From: Verrucomicrobiia bacterium
Lineage (GTDB): Bacteria > Verrucomicrobiota > Verrucomicrobiia > Palsa-1439
DNA: 64,000 nucleotides
Reading direction: 5' to 3'
Assembly: GCA_035501175.1 (NCBI GenBank)
Contig: DATJWQ010000046.1
Span: 9,701 to 73,700 of the forward strand
Notes under the pieces: model-generated
The model's database searches: none
The model's input: only the letters and a program-made list of their open reading frames with translations
Told to the model about the DNA's origin: nothing
In this document: in pieces, positions 59,319 through 64,000 of the stretch
Layout: the number at the start of each line of letters is the position of its first letter
How positions within the stretch are numbered: the stretch's first letter is position 1
Translations under genes and position numbers: made by a program

Positions 59319-59778
59319 TCTGGCACCGTCGGGTAATTGCCCCCGGGCTGTTGGTTACTTGCCGTAACGGGCCGGCTTCTCGCGGGCGAGCAACGCGGGA
59401 GCATCGACGGTACCGCTTGCGACGCGCTTCCACCAGGCACCCAAGGCTCCTGAGCTTGCGCGTCGGCGGAAGTAATGTATTTGTTCGGCGACCGACATGC
59501 GCTCGGTATCGGCACGAATTTTCTCCTGGCCTGCCGTTTCAAGGCGACACAATTGATCGGTTGTTTACTTCGAGCCTTTTTCATCGCTGAGCACCTGTTT
59601 TGGCGTCACGATTGTAAGGATACCATAGCCTTGCTGGAGATTCACCTGATTATACGCCTTCATCTTGGCCAGACGGACGATGTGTTGAAAGTTCCAGGAG
59701 ACGATGGCGTCGGCGCGGGCGGGTCGCGAGCGGGGCCGTGGCTACACCGGCGCGGAGCGGCGCGGTTGGGCGATGAGA

Positions 59779-60837
59779 TTAGTGGGCGCGTTGGGAGTAG
59801 AGGTTGATGAGGGCGCGGACGCGGGCGATGACGGTGTCGGTGCCGTCGACGAATTTCGTTTGCACCTGGCGGCGGTAGTGGTCGAGGCGGGATTCGAAGT
59901 TGGTGAAGGTGTCGAGGGAGGGGTGGCGGGTGGTGGAGAAATCGCCGTAGCCGAGGTGGCGGATGTAGGCGGCGTTGATGAACTGCTCGAAGGTGCCGGC
60001 GATGGGGAAACAGAGGACGGGTTTGCCGAGGGCGAGGGCTTCGCAGATGAGGTTGTGGCCGGCGGTGGTGACGGCGAAGGCGGAGGCGGCGAGGTCGGCG
60101 AGGATCTGTTCTTTGTGGAAGGGTTTGAAGGTGAGGTTGCCTTCCGTAGCTGTTTCGTTGCGGACGCCGTAGACGACTGCGGGACGCGGGAGACGGTGGG
60201 CGACATCGAGGAGGGCGGGGAAGGTGGCGGTGGATTGGTAGATGAAGATGTGATCGCCCGTGGTGGGGCGGAGGTCGCGGATGGCGGGGCGGAGGATGGG
60301 AGGGAGCAGTTCGTTTTGGCCGTCGGGTTTGAGTTCGGGATGGAAGAAGGAGGTGACGAGGTTGTGGCGGGTGTGATTGAAGAAGAGGGCGTCTTCGAGT
60401 CGGCCGAGCGCCCAGGAGACGAACTCGGACGGCGGGACGTGGTAGCGGCAGACCTGGAGGACGTGCGAATGGTCGAGCGCGAAGATCGGGAGGCCGGCGC
60501 GGTTGGCGGCATGAGGCAGGAAGAATTCGCGGTCGCAGATGGCGACGTCGGGTTGCCAGCGGTCGATGAGGTCGAGAATCTGGCGGGTGACGCGTGGGAG
60601 GTTGGTGGTGCAACGGGCGAGATGGCGGCACGTGCGCGGGACCGAGACGCGCTGGTTCTGGTGGACGGTGTGAGCCACTGGCACTTCCAGGACGGGGTAC
60701 AAGCCGCGCAAGACTTCGGGAACGCGCTCGCCGCCGACGAAGTGAAATTCGTGCTCGGGGAGCCGGCCCGCGACGGCGAGAGAGCGCGACACGTGGCCGA
60801 ACGTGTTGCCCATTACGCCGTAGAGGACTCGTGCCAT
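59779..60837 (-). CDS. GT-B glycosyltransferase (GT28/GT1 MurG-like family)
   Basis: N-terminal VLYGVMGNTFGHVSRSLAV (glycine-rich GT-B N-terminal domain) and C-terminal TTAGHNLICEALALGKPVLCFP nucleotide-sugar-binding motif. The plus-strand 416-aa ORF over the same span is low-complexity antisense. Confidence 0.65.
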   Translation of the reverse strand: MARVLYGVMGNTFGHVSRSLAVAGRLPEHEFHFVGGERVPEVLRGLYPVLEVPVAHTVHQNQRVSVPRTCRHLARCTTNLPRVTRQILDLIDRWQPDVAICDREFFLPHAANRAGLPIFALDHSHVLQVCRYHVPPSEFVSWALGRLEDALFFNHTRHNLVTSFFHPELKPDGQNELLPPILRPAIRDLRPTTGDHIFIYQSTATFPALLDVAHRLPRPAVVYGVRNETATEGNLTFKPFHKEQILADLAASAFAVTTAGHNLICEALALGKPVLCFPIAGTFEQFINAAYIRHLGYGDFSTTRHPSLDTFTNFESRLDHYRRQVQTKFVDGTDTVIARVRALINLYSQRAH

Positions 60838-61034
60838 GGTTGTGCGGAGATTCTCCTTATGTGCCAATCGATTCCGGCCGGACAGTTGACTTTCGTACAT
60901 CACACCGCCGCGGCAGCGAACCTGCAGCATAGCGAATCCAAGACGGGTGGATAGCATTTTTTGGACGGCGCATAGAGCCCAGGGATGTTTCCTACTTGTC
61001 GCATAGGAAAATTTCCTTATACTCGTTTCCGCCC

Positions 61035-62303
61035 ATGCGAGTTTTGATACTCACATCGAGCACAGGGGGAGGCCACAACATGCGCGCCCGCGCGTTTCAG
61101 GAATGGGCGCAAGCAGACCCGTCGCTCGATCTTTCGGCCCAACTCCATCGTCCGCTGGAGAAGTCTCACGAGATTTATGCGTTTGGCGTGTGGCTGTATA
61201 ATTGGATCCAGCGGACGGCGCCGTTTCTGCATCACATCTATTTTAATTTTCTGGAAGTCGTGCCGATCGTTCGCACGCGAAAGCCGCTGGGAGCGGCGAA
61301 GTATCGTCAGGTGTTGACGGAGATCCGACCCGACGTCCTGATCAGCGTGCATGATTCGCTGAATCACGGTTTTTTTGAGTATGCGCGGGAAGTGCTGGGG
61401 CGCGATCGGGTGAAATGCGTGACGTATTGCGGGGAATTGTCCGGCGGCTACGGCTTCAGCCGGCATTGGGTCAATCCGTCCGCCGATCTGTTTATTGGGG
61501 CGGTCCGTGAGACGTGTGACGCGGCGGTGCGATGGGGGATGCCGCCCGAAAAGACGCGGGTTGGCGGTTTTCTGTTGCGGCGTGTTTTTTATGATTCGCC
61601 AGAGGACGCCGCGGAACGCGCGACGTTCATCCGCGACAAACTGCGTCTTGACCCGGACGATTTCATTCTGCTGTTGAGCGCGTCGAGCCGGGGTGCCCAC
61701 AATCACGTTCGTTTTCTCGACGCCTTGAAGCGGCAGAGGGTCGATGCGCAGGTGGTGCTGTTGTGTGGCAAATCGCAGATTGCCGAGCGCGAGGTGTCGG
61801 CGTGGGCGGCGGCCCATCCATCCGCGCGTGTTCGCCTGCTCCCCCACAATACCAATGTCGGTCAATTGATGCGCTCGGTGTCGGCGATCGTCGCCCGTCC
61901 GGGGACGGGCACAACCAGCGAAGCCATCGTCAGCGGTTGTCCGCTGCTGCTCAACAGCCTGGGCGGGATCATGCCGCAGGAGCGGATCACGGTGAAGTTT
62001 TGCCGGGAGCATGGTGTGGCGCAATTGGTCCGCAGCCCGGAAGAACTGGCGGGCATTGTTACCGAATGGCGGAAACGGCCCGAGCTGACGGAAGCGATCC
62101 GCCGGGCGATGCGGCAAGTCTGTCCGGCATTTCATCCCAGCGACATTGTGAAGACTGTCGCGGCGCTGGATGTCAGAGCCGGTAGTATTTCCGAAGGACG
62201 AATTCCTGTAGTCGAAGCGGCAAGAGCCGGGCGCCCAGCGTCGCCACCCGTGCCTGGAATATCCCTCCCACGACCATCACCGGTGGGGGATTCGTCGTCG
62301 TAA
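61035..62303 (+). CDS. monoglycosyldiacylglycerol synthase-like glycosyltransferase (MGDG synthase / UgtP-like, GT28)
   Basis: N-terminal VLILTSSTGGGHNMRARA is the MGDG_synth domain signature. C-terminal GT28 domain (IVARPGTGTTSEAIVSGCPLLL). The 3' tail overlaps the convergent SDR gene. Confidence 0.7.
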   Translation: MRVLILTSSTGGGHNMRARAFQEWAQADPSLDLSAQLHRPLEKSHEIYAFGVWLYNWIQRTAPFLHHIYFNFLEVVPIVRTRKPLGAAKYRQVLTEIRPDVLISVHDSLNHGFFEYAREVLGRDRVKCVTYCGELSGGYGFSRHWVNPSADLFIGAVRETCDAAVRWGMPPEKTRVGGFLLRRVFYDSPEDAAERATFIRDKLRLDPDDFILLLSASSRGAHNHVRFLDALKRQRVDAQVVLLCGKSQIAEREVSAWAAAHPSARVRLLPHNTNVGQLMRSVSAIVARPGTGTTSEAIVSGCPLLLNSLGGIMPQERITVKFCREHGVAQLVRSPEELAGIVTEWRKRPELTEAIRRAMRQVCPAFHPSDIVKTVAALDVRAGSISEGRIPVVEAARAGRPASPPVPGISLPRPSPVGDSSS

Positions 62304-62994
62304 TTGCCCGCAGGATCACTCGCGCCACGCGATCCGGCCGCGGTGAGGCCGCCATGCATCGCAATTGTGTTTCCCAGACGTTTTTCATGCGTCGTTGCTC
62401 TTCCGCGTTCTTCGCGGTGTCGAGCCGGTTGGTTCGATCGTGAAACGGGGTGTTGATGTCGCCGGGGCGAACTTCAACGACGCGGATCGGTGTGTGGAAA
62501 AGCTCCGCGCGCAAACTCGCGGTCAGAACGCTGAGGGCGGATTTCGCGGCGCTGTACGGGGCCATGAACGGGATGGGAAACTGGGCGGCCAGCGAGGTGA
62601 CGTTGATGATGGTTCCCGCACCGCGCTGACGCATCGACGGAAGCGCCAGTCGGATCAACTCCAGCGGCGCGTCCACCAATATCTGAAACTGTTCGCGAAC
62701 CACTTCCGCGGGCATCGTGTCCAAGCCGCCAAACGCGCCGGCGCCGGCGTTATTGATCAACAGGTCGAAACCACCCGCGTCTTCAGATGCGGCGGCAAAA
62801 CCGTGGCGGACTGAGTCCCTATGCCCCAGATCCATCGTCACCCGATGGAAGCGAGGAAATTCTGGCAGTCGAGTCAGGTCGCGGGATGTCCCCCATACTT
62901 CGAATCCGCGCGAGACAAGAATCCTGGCCGTTTCCAGTCCGATGCCGGAGCTGGCGCCCGTCAGAAGAACTCTGCGAGTATCACGAGACGTCAT
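62173..62994 (-). CDS. SDR-family oxidoreductase (ketoreductase-like)
   Basis: TGASSGIG, NNAG and S...YxxxK (YSAAKSAL). Its start overlaps the KAS gene stop, suggesting translational coupling. Confidence 0.8.
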   Translation of the reverse strand: MTSRDTRRVLLTGASSGIGLETARILVSRGFEVWGTSRDLTRLPEFPRFHRVTMDLGHRDSVRHGFAAASEDAGGFDLLINNAGAGAFGGLDTMPAEVVREQFQILVDAPLELIRLALPSMRQRGAGTIINVTSLAAQFPIPFMAPYSAAKSALSVLTASLRAELFHTPIRVVEVRPGDINTPFHDRTNRLDTAKNAEEQRRMKNVWETQLRCMAASPRPDRVARVILRAITTTNPPPVMVVGGIFQARVATLGARLLPLRLQEFVLRKYYRL

Positions 62995-64000
62995 TGTCCC
63001 ATCGACGGAATGCCAGGCAGACATTGGTGCCGCCGAAGCCGCTCGAGTTGCTCACGGCGACGCGCGGTTTGTCGGAGACCGGTTTGGTGACGATCGGCAC
63101 GATCGCGCACTGTGGATCGAGCTGTGTGATGTGCGCGGAAACCGGAATGAACCCGTCCTGCAACGCGAGCACGCAGAACCCCGCTTCCATCGCGCCCGCC
63201 AGAGAAAGCCCGTGACCGGTCAGACTCTTGGTGCTGCTGACATGCGGCATCCTGCCGTTATTGAACACGGCGCGGATCGCGCGGCACTCGCTGACATCGC
63301 CCACGGTGGTTGAGGTCGCGTGAGCATTGATGTAATCGACATCCTCCTTCGTCAGGTGGGCATCCAGAAGCGCTTCATCCATGGCGCGGCGCAAGCCATC
63401 ACCCTCGGGATCGGGCGCGAGCACGTTGTAACCGTCGGCCGACTGGCCCCATCCAAGGACCTCGGCGGCAATGGACGCGCCGCGGCGTTGGGCATGCTCC
63501 AATTCCTCCAACACCAGAACCGCGGCCCCGCCGGTGCCAACGAACCCATCGCGTTTCACATCGAAGGCGCAGGGCGTTGTTGCCGGGTCAGTTTGCAGGC
63601 TCAGCGCACGGATCCCCGCAAACGGGAGAATATTGAATTTGTTGCAGTCCTCCGCGCCGACTACAAACACAATATCCTGGCGACCGAGACGGATCAGGTC
63701 GGCGGCGGTGCCGAGTGCGTGGGCAGAGGACGAGCACGCGCTGGAAAAACCGAGCGCGCCGCCCTTGAGTTTGAAGCAGGTGACGAGATTGATGTAGAGG
63801 GAGCCGGGGATACTATTAATGATGGCCATGGGCTGGCATCGGGCGACACCGCGCGTGACCATCGTGTGCAGGTTGTCGTAGGCGAGCCACATGGAACCGC
63901 CGGAAGCGCACATAACGCCGGTGCGCGGATTGGATACCTGACCGGGCGTCAGCCGCGCTTCCGCGATCGCCTGCTGCATCGCGCCATACGCGTACAAGGA
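62981..64000 (-). CDS. beta-ketoacyl-ACP synthase (KAS I/II family), C-terminal 339 aa; the N-terminus lies beyond the window end
   Basis: Active-site Cys block GFSSACSSSAHALG, His motifs INAHATSTTVGD and TGHGLSLAGA, and C-terminal NSSGFGGTN. Reading frame is open to base 64000. Confidence 0.85.
   Translation of the reverse strand, partial: SLYAYGAMQQAIAEARLTPGQVSNPRTGVMCASGGSMWLAYDNLHTMVTRGVARCQPMAIINSIPGSLYINLVTCFKLKGGALGFSSACSSSAHALGTAADLIRLGRQDIVFVVGAEDCNKFNILPFAGIRALSLQTDPATTPCAFDVKRDGFVGTGGAAVLVLEELEHAQRRGASIAAEVLGWGQSADGYNVLAPDPEGDGLRRAMDEALLDAHLTKEDVDYINAHATSTTVGDVSECRAIRAVFNNGRMPHVSSTKSLTGHGLSLAGAMEAGFCVLALQDGFIPVSAHITQLDPQCAIVPIVTKPVSDKPRVAVSNSSGFGGTNVCLAFRRWDNDVS

Noticed and set aside
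59704-60954. 416-aa plus-strand ORF, Gly/Glu/Ala/Val-rich
   Set aside because: Low-complexity antisense shadow of the minus-strand GT28-like gene, which has clear glycosyltransferase motifs. High-GC DNA produces such long antisense frames.
61017-62135. 372-aa minus-strand ORF opposite the MGDG-synthase-like gene
   Set aside because: Antisense shadow; Arg-rich and without motifs.

Overview
High-GC (about 62-65%) bacterial chromosomal window, probably from a PEP-CTERM-bearing Gram-negative such as Verrucomicrobia, Acidobacteria or Planctomycetes. All calls rest on reading the supplied ORF translations for motifs and on by-eye sequence comparison; no searches were run. Contents, start to end: (1) the 3' part of an ABC-F ATPase gene, a nucleotidyltransferase gene and a carbohydrate ABC uptake operon (substrate-binding protein plus two permeases, no ATPase), then an Hpt-like/receiver response regulator. 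(2) A roughly 16 kb glycan biosynthesis locus of the ABC-transporter-dependent type (7.5-23.7 kb). It holds GT9, GT4, GT2 and GT76-like glycosyltransferases and a Wzt ATPase with a C-terminal extension, which lies 11 kb from its Wzm permease. It also holds three SAM methyltransferases, an RmlC-like epimerase, and a GtrB-like polyprenyl-phosphate sugar synthase paired with a GT-C membrane protein carrying FG-GAP-like repeats. The most unusual gene is a 1072-aa fusion of methyltransferase, coiled coil with 105-bp tandem repeats, and GT4. It resembles a WbdD/WbbB-type chain-length ruler/terminator, but fused to a glycosyltransferase. (3) A MacAB-like tripartite efflux operon with two tandem TolC paralogs. 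(4) A lipid-related trio (PlsC acyltransferase, alpha-oxoamine synthase of the serine-palmitoyltransferase/BioF family, small DMT-like membrane protein), AraC regulators, a TMTC-like membrane-TPR protein, ThiM, a low-GC orphan gene, an aldo-keto reductase, SDR and cupin genes. (5) From about 43.9 to 59.3 kb, a lower-GC (about 48-57%) accessory island of mostly minus-strand secreted proteins. These include signal-peptide HEAT-repeat proteins, lipoproteins, mosaic proteins that share an N- or C-terminal domain, and a protein with near-identical 330-bp tandem repeats of a PPC-like domain. The island also has a conserved signal-peptide cassette (MxxKLLLALALVW) reused at several gene starts, a conserved leader motif before three genes, and glycosyltransferase 3'-end remnants. 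(6) At the window end, a putative glycolipid cluster (GT28-like glycosyltransferase, MGDG-synthase-like glycosyltransferase, SDR, KAS). No rRNA, tRNA, CRISPR array or transposase was recognised.
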